Below are positions 1 to 11,480 of a stretch of 64,000 nucleotides of DNA, piece after piece (positions within the stretch are counted from its first letter, which is position 1; the number at the start of each line of letters is the position of its first letter). The stretch comes from Callorhinchus milii. Taxonomy: Eukaryota. Location of the stretch: the NCBI RefSeq assembly GCF_018977255.1, contig NW_024704742.1, positions 76,634,001 through 76,698,000 on the forward strand, written 5' to 3'. Below the pieces are notes generated by a model. The model did no database searches, was not told the origin of the DNA, and saw nothing but the letters and a program-made list of their open reading frames with translations. The position numbers and the translations under genes were made by a program.

Positions 1-852
1 GAAGAGGTAGGTTTTTCAGAAGGGTTTTGAAAACAGGGGGATTGGGTACATGGCAGAGTTTCAGAATGGGGGCATAATAAGACAAAAAGGAGATTTTCAC
101 CCTTCAGGCCTGGGTTAGATTCATACCAAGACCCAGATGTGAAGTGGATATTTACTGTGGAATCCAGTCCCTTTTGTGAGTTGTTACTTCCGTTGCTATC
201 TTCTCTGTGTTTGAATACTGATCTCACCTTTGATTTCTGTGACATCCGCGTCCAATTGGAGTTCCAGAGAGTCGCCCACATCACGTTCAGTGATCATTAA
301 TTACAAATACTTTTGCAAATTTCACAACTTAGACCTCAATATCTAGTCACAAGCTCATGAAAAGAAGTTACATTTGCTGTCTTCTGATGGTTGTATTATT
401 AGCCTTGCTAGGAAACAATAAGGGGTCAGGGTTAGACAATTTCTGTTGCTGTAATTTCTCTTAAACACTGGTTAACTTATTGAATGAATATCTGAACTCT
501 ATCTGTCTTTTTGTGTTATGTCTTTGCATTTTTGTGTTATGAATTAGAAATTAAATATCCTTTCAGTCTCCTGACTTTTCATTTCAATATCTCCGACTCA
601 CAAATTGAGCCTGCACTGTCCTCAATGTGGGAGGGAGGAGGGGCTTCCTATTACAGGGGTATTACAGGGGGATTAATCCTGGCACTTGGTGCCAGGATCT
701 CATCGGCTAAATAGACGTATTGTATTCACTTGCATTTGAGGGTTGTTTCAGCTTGTCAGTTTAAGAGGCACAGAGAGAGTAAAAACTATCCAACAATTTT
801 CAGTCTGGATGCACGGAAACATTTTCGGATTAATTTTCCCAAACAAAGTGCC

Positions 853-1398
853 ATGTGTCTTAAGCCTCTGCCGAATAATACCATGATAGGCAGCGTGGAA
901 TCTGGGAAGAACAACTTCACCCTCCACAATGATAGTCTGGACATCGCTGTGTCCAACTCATCCTTGAAGTTCCCAACTCTCAGCATTTCAGGTATCATCA
1001 GAGTGGCAATCACCTTCACCCTTTTCATCCTCTCTATTGCAATGAATGGGATTTTTTTGCTGAAGCTATCCAGGCAACACAAGAAGAAGGCATCACGTCT
1101 GAAGCTGCTGCTCGATAATCTCATGGTAGCTAACTTGGTGGAGACTATAATCGTGATGCCGATGGATGGTATATGGAACATTATGGTGCAATGGTATGGT
1201 GGGCAGTTTCTTTGCAAGGTCCTCAATTTCCTCAAGCTCTTCTCCATGTACTCTCCCGCCTTCATGGTAGTGGTAATCAGCATTGATCGCTGCCTGGCTG
1301 TTACAAAGCCCTTGAAAAGTGCAACACAAAGTACTCAAATTAGGAAATATATGATTTACACAGCCTGGCTCTTCAGCTTTGTCCTGGCTTTACCTCAG
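853..1398 (+). CDS. GNRHR: Type I (mammalian-type, tail-less) GnRH receptor, coding exon 1 of 3 (N-terminus to TM4)
   Basis: gccATG at 853; 546 nt = 182 codons, MCLKPLPNNT...LMVANLVETIIVMPMDGIWNIMVQWYGGQFLCKVLNFLKLFSMYSPAFMVVVISIDRC...LALPQ. Asn2.50/Glu2.53 in TM2 are diagnostic of type I. Donor CAG|GTGGGA at 1398/1399, phase 0, the same position as in human GNRHR. Confidence 0.96.
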
Positions 1399-2662
1399 GT
1401 GGGATATCTCTGCTGTTGTATCTATTGTTTAAATTATTTTTTGCATTTTTTTGAGATTCTAAAGGTTATTTTAACTATTGTTACAGAATCAATTAAGCAA
1501 TATTATCCCCGCTTGTATTTTATCTCTAACCTAGTCTAAGGAAACTTTTGTTGTTTGATTAGTGATGAAATAATCTGTGCAATTTGGATGTTAAACAATC
1601 ATTTCCTTTATTATAGTTCAACATCAATGATTTTACAATGGATTATGCCATTATCACTGGAGGCAATAATGGTAGCAATCAGGCTTTGGAGAATTAAGTA
1701 GTGATCAGCTTCCTATCCCTAGGACAGCAGCAGGCAGTTGTGAATGGGTCTTTATTGCATCTGCATCTCATTGACACTGGCTAGACCTCCCTCTATTATA
1801 CACAAAAAGTCTAACTTCTTCATGTAGTGAGGCACGTATCAGAGAACTCATTTGTCCAATTATCCATTATAAACTTCACACCAGGGTCAATGGTGTTTTC
1901 ACCACAAAAGTATGCCAATTCTTGTTATCTTTCCTTCTCTTCGAGTGAGGTCGAGAGGTTAAACCAAGAATATATTATCTGTGTGACAAGCCAGAGACCA
2001 TAAACCATTCTTTGAGGTCAAGGAGTGAACACATGGACACATTCTCCATGAGAAAAAACATCTCCTATTCTTTGATGAAGCAACTCAAAGGCGCCAAATA
2101 TCTTCATTACTGTTACGCAGAGTTAGCATCTTATTTTAACTCCTTACAGTCCTTATATTAGTTTTCTAAAGGAATAATATAATACTGCCCTGATCCTACA
2201 ATCCATAACTTATATATAACAATAGCCTTTGGTATTTTTTAAAATTTGTAAATTTCCTCTTTATAATATCTGCATCAATAATTTGCACAGTGCAATTTAT
2301 GTTAATTAAGATGACAAAATGATTGGTCGGGGAACAGAGTATTACAAAGCTCCTCTGTAAAAGTGGATGAACATAAGCTATGTTAATGCATTGTTTTTGT
2401 AGTGGTGTCAAATGATAATGGTGGATTTTGCAGTGTGTGATATGACCATTATTTGTTGATAGCAAATGTTATATTATTATTATTGAGGCATGTGCCTCAA
2501 TTTTCTCTCCCAATTCTATTGGACACTTACCATCATACAAACAAAGTCAATAGGTAATGTTACTGTATCCCCTGACAAAGTCAATGTATATTGCAGAGTA
2601 TTGACCTGCAAGCTAGGCTGGGTTGCTTAACAAATAAGTTTGTTTTCTCTTCTTTCTTGCAG

Positions 2663-2870
2663 TTGTGGCTATTCCGAATGATTCACTATTCCGAACCCTA
2701 TGCTTTCTCACAATGCAACACTCTTAGAAGTTTTTACAACCAGTGGGACCAGACTATTTACAATTTCTTCACTTTCGGATTTCTCTTTGTCATTCCTCTC
2801 TTCATCATGCTATTCTGCAATTTCAAGATCATCTTCAAAATGATGAAGATTCTGCGTCACAATGTTAATG
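2663..2870 (+). CDS. GNRHR: Type I GnRH receptor, coding exon 2 (ECL2, TM5, start of ICL3)
   Basis: Polypyrimidine tract tttctcttctttcttgcAG ends at 2662; LWLFRMIHYSEPYAFSQCNTLRSF...YNFFTFGFLFVIPLFIMLFCNFKIIF...; donor G|GTATGA at 2870/2871; 208 nt, phase 1. Confidence 0.95.
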
Positions 2871-3057
2871 GTATGATGATATAGATACACTATAGTTATG
2901 TTTTCCACCTTGGTTCAGAAAGCTACAATGTGTTTATTTCCAAATATACCTTTTAGGTTTAAAGACGTTACAACAGGATTATAAATACAAAATATAGTAG
3001 TTGCTAAGAGATCTAAAGATGTATTTAGGAGGAACTTCTTTACAGAGAGTGGTGAGA

Positions 3058-3430
3058 ATAATAAAAATAATCCTTGCATTTAATATAGCACCTTATCAGA
3101 TCTTCGAGATGTTTCAAAGCGCTTCACAGAATATACTGTAAAGTGAATTGACTGTATATTTTGTGGGCAAAACACGGCGGCCAATTACGCACAGCAGTGT
3201 CCCATGAACAGTCGTGGATTGAAGTGATCAATTTTTTTTATACGTAAGAATTATTACTCCTGGGAAAACGATCCGTCAATCAACTAACAATTGTGTTCCT
3301 ACTTACTGCTAGGTAAACGGAGGAGTGTGGTGTAAGGAAACTTCACCAACATTTCTCCATGACGGGAACTGACCCCAGATCTCGCTTGCAAAGCGAGTGT
3401 TCTAAACACTCTAAACATCAGGAATCCACA
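3058..3430 (-). mobile_element. tRNA-derived SINE with L2-type tail, inserted into a CR1 3' fragment (about 3020-3650)
   Basis: Reverse complement shows a tRNA-like head, the conserved ctctgtttacctagcagtaag core and a tgcaaggattatt tail. The flanks rejoin as CR1-like ...ttctttacagagagtggtgaga / ...aactcact...gcagaaagcatcaattcattcaagagg. Confidence 0.75.
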
Positions 3431-4369
3431 ACTCAAGACTGTGCAACTCACTCACAGAAGCTGTGGTTCAAGCAGAAAGCATCAATTCATTCAAGAGGAA
3501 ATTTGATGCATATATGAAAGAGAAGGGAATAGAGAAGTATGGGGAGGTTAGGGAGGGAGCATTAGAATGGGGGAGTCTCGTGCAAATTACAAATACAACC
3601 AAGGTCTGGTTGACCGAATTTCAGAGCTGTATGGTCTATGTAATTCTATTTAAGAGAAATTAAACATTGAATTACATGTTTTAAAATAGTTCTCTATTAA
3701 AAACAAGCAATGATTATTATTAAGTGAATAAAAATACATTTGAAATAAATAGTTATTAGATAATATTTATCTAATGGCCAGTTATCATTTTTTAAAACTT
3801 TAAAACTTCATGAGATACAATTTTAATGTATTAAAGAAATTATAGTCTGATGTACACAGTTAAATTTGGTAAATCCAGCTCAGAGTATTACATTTACCCA
3901 CCATGGGAGAGTGTCATTGCTTTCTCTTTATATATGTATATAAATAAATATTATATATAATATATATATGTGTAAAACTGAGTTCACAGGATTTTTCACA
4001 GGACATTTCTTAACGAGTTGCTTAAGTGCCAGTAACTTTTGGTGTGGCTCTGTAAACATTTGTTTCTATCCAAGAAACTGGTAATATCACTCATATACAT
4101 GCAAATAAGCCCCATATCAGGATACATCAAAGATGCCCACAATTAGGGCAAATTAAGCTCAGGTCTAACATCAGACCATATAGAAGTGCTCAATGATAAC
4201 ATCAGACAGGAACAGAGGTGTGACTCTGCACTGCCCATGACTTACCATGCAGTCAACTGCTCTGCATGAGGGGCACTATATAAATGCAAGTTGTTGTTGT
4301 TCTTGCTTTCCTGGTTCCACTCCCGGTAGTTTCACTTTGTCTTTTCCAATGACTTATCCACCCACCCCC

Positions 4370-5380
4370 ACAGTCATATGAGCATTCCTCAGGGCTCTAT
4401 CGTTGGTCCTCTCCTCTTCACTACCTATCTGCTCCCACTTGGTGACATTCTCCACAAACATGGGATTCACTTCCACATATATGCAGATGAGACCCAACTC
4501 TACTTTTATGCCTCCTCCCTTGATTCTAGGTGCACTGTTGTTTAGAACAGTTGCCTGTCAGGCCTCAAGTCCTAGATGAGCTCTTAACTTTTTTCTGGTG
4601 AATGTCAACAAGGCAGAGGTTCTTCTGCTTGGCTCCTGTCAGTATCTTGCCACCTCAGGCATTGACTGCGTCAACTTGCATTGAAGCACGATCCACTTTA
4701 CAGAGCCAGTGGATGACTTTAATATCATTTTTAAACCCAGCTGCCCCTCAAGCCCTATATTCAAAATCTCACGTGCTCAGCTTTCCCTTAGCTCCGCAAC
4801 ATTACCTGCCTCCGCCAATACCTCTCCTCCAAGCCACAGATACTCTGATTCACGCTTTTATCGTGTATAGGATTGATTATTCCAATGCTCTGCTCACTGT
4901 ATTCCCCCACCCTAAGCTTCGCAAGAATATCACCTCCGTCCTCGTTTGGCTCCACTGACTCCCATCCGCTTTTGGATCAAACTCAAGTTGATTCTCACAT
5001 TTAAATCCCTACATGGCCTTGTCCCATTCTTCGTCTGAGACTTCCCACAACACTATCAACCCAACCGCTCTCTCCATTCAGTGAATACTAGCCTGCTTCA
5101 TATCCTCTGTCTGATCCTCCTCACCATCGGTGGGTAAGCCTTCAGCCATTCTGGCCCGGCTCCCTGTAACTCCATCTTGGAATCTCTATGCCCCACTTCT
5201 TCTCCACAATTTTAAAGCCCACTTTAAGGCTAACCTCTTCAATCACACTCTTGATCATCTTTTCCCACACCCAGCCTCTTGAGCTCTCCCCCTCCCGGCC
5301 CCCCATCAGCTGCCTAGCCAGCTGTGTGAAGTTTGAGACATCCTTCCAGTGTGAAAGGTGACACATAAATGTAAATTGTA
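4370..5380 (+). mobile_element. Old degraded L2-clade LINE 3' fragment
   Basis: RT remnants (cctcagggctct = PQGS; tatgcagatgagacccaactc = YADxTQL; RIDYSNALL), multiple stops, L2-type tail gtgaaaggtgacacataaatgtaa. Confidence 0.75.
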
Positions 5381-5777
5381 TTGGGCACTATTATCAGGCT
5401 ATCTGTAGGAGTACACTGATACTATCAAGCTCTATAATCAAGCTATCAATAGGTCCACAGCATTACTGTTGAACTATATGTAGTTTTACAGTGATGATGT
5501 ATGAGTATTTACAAATAGTCATTATACCTGACCAACTCTGACCAAGCACATTGAAGCATTTCAGCAACTTGAAAGACATTATACCAATGCAAGAAATATT
5601 ATTTTTATCAGTGATAAATGGTTCGATGCTGAAAACATGATTTTGTTTAACACTGGAGTTATAAAATTGATATAAAGTTGCACATGCCTGGAGTTGGGTA
5701 GGATTCGCAAACAACAATTGCTGCTAGTAACTAACAATGCATCACACTGCAGAAGTCTGCTCCAATACTCCCTGAAA

Positions 5778-6160
5778 TAATAATAATAATCCTTGTTCAA
5801 ATAATAATAGTAATCCTTGCATTTGATATAGCTCCTTTTCACGTTGTTGAGAAGTCTCAAAGACCTTCACAGAATATACTGTGAAGTGAATTGACTGTAT
5901 ATTTTGTGGGCGAAACATAGCAGCCACAGCGGTGTCGCACAAACAGTCATGGATTGAGAGACCTAATTTTATTTTGAAGGGATTATTACTCCCAGAAAGC
6001 GATTTGCCAATCGACTATTAACCGTATTCCTACTTACTGTTAGATAAACAGAGACATGTGGAGAAAAGAAATTCACCTAAGTTTTTGTCCTGCCCGGGAA
6101 TTGAACCCAGGTCTTTTCGCTTACAAGGCGAATGCTCTAACCAATACCCTACAGGATTCC
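5778..6160 (-). mobile_element. tRNA-derived SINE, near full length
   Basis: Same family as 31289-31588; B-box GGTTCAATTCC on the - strand near 6097-6108; (ATT)n tail. Confidence 0.8.
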
Positions 6161-6489
6161 ATAGAAATAAATGTATTAGCATGGTCTTCCAGTGGGTCAG
6201 TAAAAGTTACTGTGTGCGTATTGTAGTAAAATATGTAGACTTCATCTTGTGCTGACTGTGCTAATTTATTTTGTACATTATAACAGAGCAGTTTGTTTAC
6301 CGACAGCTCTCTCCAGTGGCAGCGATTGTTAACTGCAGCACCAAATAACAATAATAATAATCCTTGTATTTGATATATCGCCTTTCATGTTGGGAAGACA
6401 TTTCAAAGCATTTCATAGGACTTTTACTGTAAAATGAAGTGACTATATTTTGTAGGTAAATATTTTTAGATAATTTTTGGCGAAATAAA

Positions 6490-9157
6490 CCCCTCTTGCT
6501 CCACCTCCTCAGATTTCTCCTCTCCTATCTCTCCCTCCACATCCACTCTGCTGCCTACCCTTGAACCTGGTGATCACCCAGAGCCTCAGCGTCTCGGATG
6601 TCACCATCACCGACAAGGCCATCTCTGACCACCATTTCATCTCCCTCAACTCCTATATCCCTCTCCCCACAGCCTTCAAACCTACCACCATCTTCTACCG
6701 CCCATGGAAGAAGATCTCCCCACAATCCCTCTCCACTGCCCTGGAGTCCTCTGAACTTCTCCCCCTCTGTCCCACCTCCCGCACCAACCCATCCTCTGTA
6801 CTTACTCTCCTCCACAGCACCCTCTCCACCACCCTTGATGCCTTTGCCCTCCTCACCTCCCTCACCCTGGTTCACCAGCCACCTCCGCTCGCTCAGGGTC
6901 CTTCAAGGCCGGTCTCAAAACCTTTCTCTTTGACCGTGCCTTCAGCTCCCCTCTCGACTCTCTTCCCCCTCCTCGCTCGCTCCCTCCCTTCCCTCCCCTC
7001 ACCCTGACCATTTCCCCCCTCCTCGCTCCCTCCCTTCCCTCCCCTCACCCTGACCATTTCCCCCTGCTCAGGTCATGACCCAACTGTGCAGCGCCTTGGG
7101 ACGTCCTCCTGACGTGAAAGGCGCTTTATAAATGGAATCTTGTTGTTGTTGTTGTTGTTGTCCAGGTGCGGGCTGCCGAATGCATTAGGCTCAAATCCAG
7201 CCTAACGGTCCACCGGCACATCTGGCTGGACCTCATCAAAACCTACCGCTCCGGCCTCAGCCAAATCGTCCTTCTACTCCAGCTTAATCCTGGAGGCGAA
7301 GGGCAACCCCAGGTTACTGTTCTCCACCACCAACCGGCTCCCCCACCCTCCCTGCCACACCTCACAGACTCTTCCCTCCATCTCCCACTGCGAGGAAATG
7401 CTGGACTTCCTTGAGTCCAAAATCGAGGGAATCCACTCAGCTGCCAACTTCCACACCCTCCCTACCCGCCCCCAAACCTTGACCACTACCCATCCCTCCA
7501 TCCACACCTTTGAACCTGTCACCCCCTCCTCTGTCATCACTACTATATCCTCCATGAAGCTCACTACCTGCTCCCTGGACCCCATCCCCTCCCCTCTCTT
7601 TAAATCCCAGCTCCACCTCCTTGCCCCACTACTCGCCGACATCATCAACCTCTTTCTGTCATCTGGCACTGTTCCTACCCTCCTCAAAACAGTCACTATC
7701 TCCCTCACATTGAAGCAACCTTCCCTTGACCCATCACAGCTATCCAGCTACTGGCCCATCTCAAACCTCCCTTTCCTATCCAAGATCCTTGAGAGAGCCG
7801 TTGCCTCCCAGCTTTCCTCTCCTCCCACTTCCTCCATGAGCCCCTCCAGTCAGGTTTCCGTGCTGCCCACAGGACAGAAACTGCTCTGGTCAAGGTCACA
7901 AATGTCATCCTGACCGTGTGTAAGCAGGGCTCCCTCTGCCTCCTCGATCTCTCCACTGCCTTTGACACCGTGGACCACTCAATCCTCCTCCACTGCCTCT
8001 CCTCCCACCTCAACCTTCAAGGTTCTGTCCTTGACTGGTTCAGGTCCTACCTTTCACATCCTCTCCACTTCGTTTCTGCAAACAGCTTTTCCTCCAGTCC
8101 CCGCACTGTCTTGTGCAGTGTTCCTCAGGGTTCTGTCCTCAGTCCCCTCCTCTTCACCCTCTACATGCTCCCCTTTGGTGACATCATCCACAGACATGGG
8201 GGAAATTTCCACATGTATGCAGATGACACCCAACTCTACCTCTCTGCTTCTACCCTGAACTCCAGGACTACTGGCGTCCTGACCGAGGGACAACTTTCTC
8301 CAACTGAATGACAGCAAGACCGAGGCCCTCCTGATTGGCTCGCACCAGCTCCTCTGCACCTTGGGCGCTGGCAGCATCAGCCTCCACAGCTGCACACTCA
8401 ACCTCACTAATCCAGTCAGGAATCTGGGTATCTTGTTCGATCCTGAACTGTCCTTTCTCCCCCACGTCTGTGCCATGACCGGCACTGCCTACCACCACCT
8501 CCGCAACATTTCCAGACTCCGCCACTGCCTCACCCCTCAGGCTGCCGAGACCCTCACCCACGCATTCGTCACATCAAGGCTCAATTATGGAAGCTTCCTC
8601 CTCATCAGCCTTCCCAACTCTTCCCTTCACAAGCTGCAGATCATCCCAAACTCTGCAGCTCATGTACTCTCGCGCACCAGGCTCCATGACCCCATCACAC
8701 CCACCCTCGCCTAACTCACTGGCTCCCCATCACCCAGAAGATCAAATTCAAGATCCTCGTCCTCACTTTCAAGGCCATCCATGGCCTTGCCCCCTCCTAC
8801 ATCTCTGACCTGCTGATTCCCTACCAACCTGCCCACTTCCTCCGTTCAGCGGGCTCCGGCCTACTCCATGTCTCCCGCCTGACCCGCCCTACCATCGGTG
8901 GCCGGGCTTTCAGCCTCTCTGCCCCCACACTCTGGAATTCCATCCCACAGCCTTTCCCCTCACTTCCTTCCTCCTTCAAGGCCAGTCTCAAGACCCTCCT
9001 CCTTGATCGGGCCTTCAGTCACCCTCCCACCTCTCTGCCTTCCCTCACCCCTACCCCACCCCTATGCTCGGGTCCTGACCCCTGACTGTCCAGCACCTTG
9101 GGACGTCCTCCCGACATGAAAGGCGCTCTATAAATGTAATTTTGTTGTTATTGTTGT
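6490..9157 (+). mobile_element. L2-clade LINE (endonuclease end plus RT), frameshifted, with a nested younger L2 tail at about 6899-7160
   Basis: ORF fragments with ISDHH (APE endonuclease), YWPISNLPFLSKILERAV, LDLSTAFDTVDH, VPQGSVLSPLLF, YADDTQLY; tail gggacgtcctcccgacatgaaaggcgct...(TTG)n. Confidence 0.92.
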
Positions 9158-9639
9158 TTTGGTCAGCTGGATGCCTGACACATGCAGAAACTCATCACCA
9201 TGCTTAGGATTATCCAAACAAAATAGAATTCCATGCATCCCACCTAGACCTGGAAACTCCAGAGATATTTATCAGAATGGAAAGGCACCCTCTCTCCCTG
9301 GAGGGATGCATCCTGCTTACCTAATTCCGGAACAGTTTGAGAAGAGCCAAGGTTTGGGTACCCCAGAGTGTGCATTGGGTTCCCAGCTAAAACCGCATAG
9401 CTTGCCATTGAGAGCACTGTCTGGCAAGTTTATCCAGCTAGGACCACCCTATCCGTTAGTGCTTTGGCTTGCAGTGTTAACAACAGCTGAGTGGGATGAC
9501 TCTCTATCCCCAGTGACTGGTCTGCCCTTCCAAGTCCTGCTGCTGAGCTTGACTGCCTGTGCTGTCATCAGCAGTGCCCTGGAATACTAAGACCGCCACA
9601 GAGGACTGGCTCCATTCCAATATTCCACTGCCAAACATG

Positions 9640-10010
9640 TCACCGTGAGGCCAATTCAGCTCCAAGGAGAGACCCTACTTACCTCTCCCACACGGAGAAT
9701 AGTCACTAGTTGGTCGATTGACATCGGACAAACGTAGGTTTGAGCCCTCATTGAGTGGATGGTAGGTACCAGGAACTCCCTGCGAGCTTTCTGGTGGGCA
9801 ATACATCTCAGAATGAAATGCTTGAGAGCATTGCCATCATCTTCCTGCCCGCAGCTCAGGCACACTCCGCTTCCAATTGAGCAATGGTTCCACCAGTTAG
9901 AGGTGCAGAGTTTAAGTAGCAGCTACTTACCTCTCTGCAGGCCAATCAAGATGGATTCCAGGTGCTGGGTGTACAAATGTGTGTTCAAAAACTCGGACTC
10001 CTGGTAACTC
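9640..10010 (-). mobile_element. Possible C-terminal zinc-knuckle relic of a different non-LTR retrotransposon
   Basis: - strand frame reads CLSCGQEDDGNALKHFILRCIAHQKARREFL, a CX2C...HX4C pattern typical of LINE ORF2 C-termini. No RT motif was seen nearby. Confidence 0.4.
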
Positions 10011-10123
10011 CAGGAGCTTTCCATTAAGTATTTAGTGGGTGCCAGTATTTAATGCTGACCTATTCACCATTTAACAGAGTCCTGATTTTTTTTAAAAAGA
10101 GTAATTACTTCCTTGTTTTACAG

Positions 10124-10368
10124 AGATAAGTCTAAACCGATCAAAGAACATTATCCCACAAGCTCGCATGAAGACCTTGAAGATGACCATTGCGTTTGTC
10201 ACATCTTTCATCATCTGCTGGACTCCATACTACCTGATAGGAATCTGGTACTGGATTGATCCTGATTTGCACAATAGATTGCCTGAACCTATGAATCATT
10301 TCTTCTTTGTTTTTGGGTTACTGAATCCCTGCTTTGATCCTCTTATTTATGGGTATTTTTCTCTTTAG
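10124..10368 (+). CDS. GNRHR: Type I GnRH receptor, coding exon 3 (ICL3, TM6, TM7, stop; no C-terminal tail)
   Basis: Acceptor ccttgttttacAG ends at 10123; (E)ISLNRSKNIIPQARMKTLKMTIAFVTSFIICWTPYYLIGIWYWIDP...LNPCFDPLIYGYFSL*, the same terminus as human GnRHR. Spliced total 999 nt = 332 aa plus stop. Confidence 0.97.
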
Positions 10369-10829
10369 TCAGTTACTGCAATGCAATGTGTTTTCTATTT
10401 CCAATGCTATGTTTTGATTGCTGACTTCATATCCTGTTGCTCTCGGTGTAATTCATATTGGAACATTCCTAAAACATTTGTAACCCAAGGATTAGATTTC
10501 CTCAAGGAAAGAAATCCCTTTTGGATTATTCATTATTCAGATAACCAGCACAAGGGACACAAGGATCTTGTTGCATCAGTCTAATATCTCTCTAAACAAC
10601 ATACTGGCAAATTCTTGAATCAAGTCCCAAAATAAGATTTAATATGTGTTTAAACTAATGGTGAAAGTTATTGTAAAGGAAACAAAGCATCCAGAAATAT
10701 AGGGCAGCAGAGTACAGTGCGGTGTAATTGACTATCAAAGCATAACATGCTATAATCCGTCCTTTGAAAATTACTGGAAAGTCTTTCTTCAAAGTTGCAG
10801 GATTTCTACTTAAGGATCTATGAGGATAC

Positions 10830-11480
10830 CTTGCTTAACCCCCAGCCCTATATCTGGGGTCTCCTAGCTCAGTTTTCTTTCATGCTGGAACATCACCCAC
10901 CTTCACCTGGGCTGGTGAGACCCTCATTCATATCTTCATCGTGTCCAGGCTTGACCATTCCAACTCCCTACTTGCTGGACTCCCAGCTCCTCCTTATAGA
11001 AGCTGCAGACTATCTAAATTATGTAGCCCCTGTCCTTTCCTGCACCATGCTGTGCGAGCCTGTCACCCCACCTCAGCTACACTGGCTCCCCATACTCCAA
11101 TGGACCAAGATCCTCGTCTTCACGTTCAAATCCCTCCACTTTCTCCCCTATCTGCCTCTGTGATCTTCTGAAACCCTATCAACCTAACCACTTGCTCCAC
11201 TCGGTGAACACCAGTCTGCTTAGGGTTTCCCACCTGATCTGCCCCATCATCAGTGGGAAAGGTTTCAGCTTGTTAGTCCTCACTCTCAAACTCCATCCAC
11301 AGTCTCTCTGACTCTTCCCCACTCATCATTTTTATAGCCCACCTTAACACTTACCTTTTAATCCACATTTTCAGTCATCATCCACCCTACCTCACCCACC
11401 CGCCAGCGAGCTGTGTAGAGTGCTTTGAGACATCCTCCTGATATGAAAGACATTATATAAATGTAAATGATATTGTATTG
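10830..11480 (+). mobile_element. Degraded L2 3' fragment
   Basis: SRLDHSNSLLAGLP and LHWLPI motifs in different frames; L2-type tail at about 11420-11480. Confidence 0.75.

Noticed and set aside
730..852. 41-aa N-terminal extension of the type I receptor shown in the ORF track
   Set aside because: It begins at TTG; the first ATG, in good Kozak context, is at 853. The ORF's tail after 1398 is intron read-through.
786..1338. Antisense ORFs over receptor exons (also 26896-27357)
   Set aside because: Shadow frames of the true coding strand.
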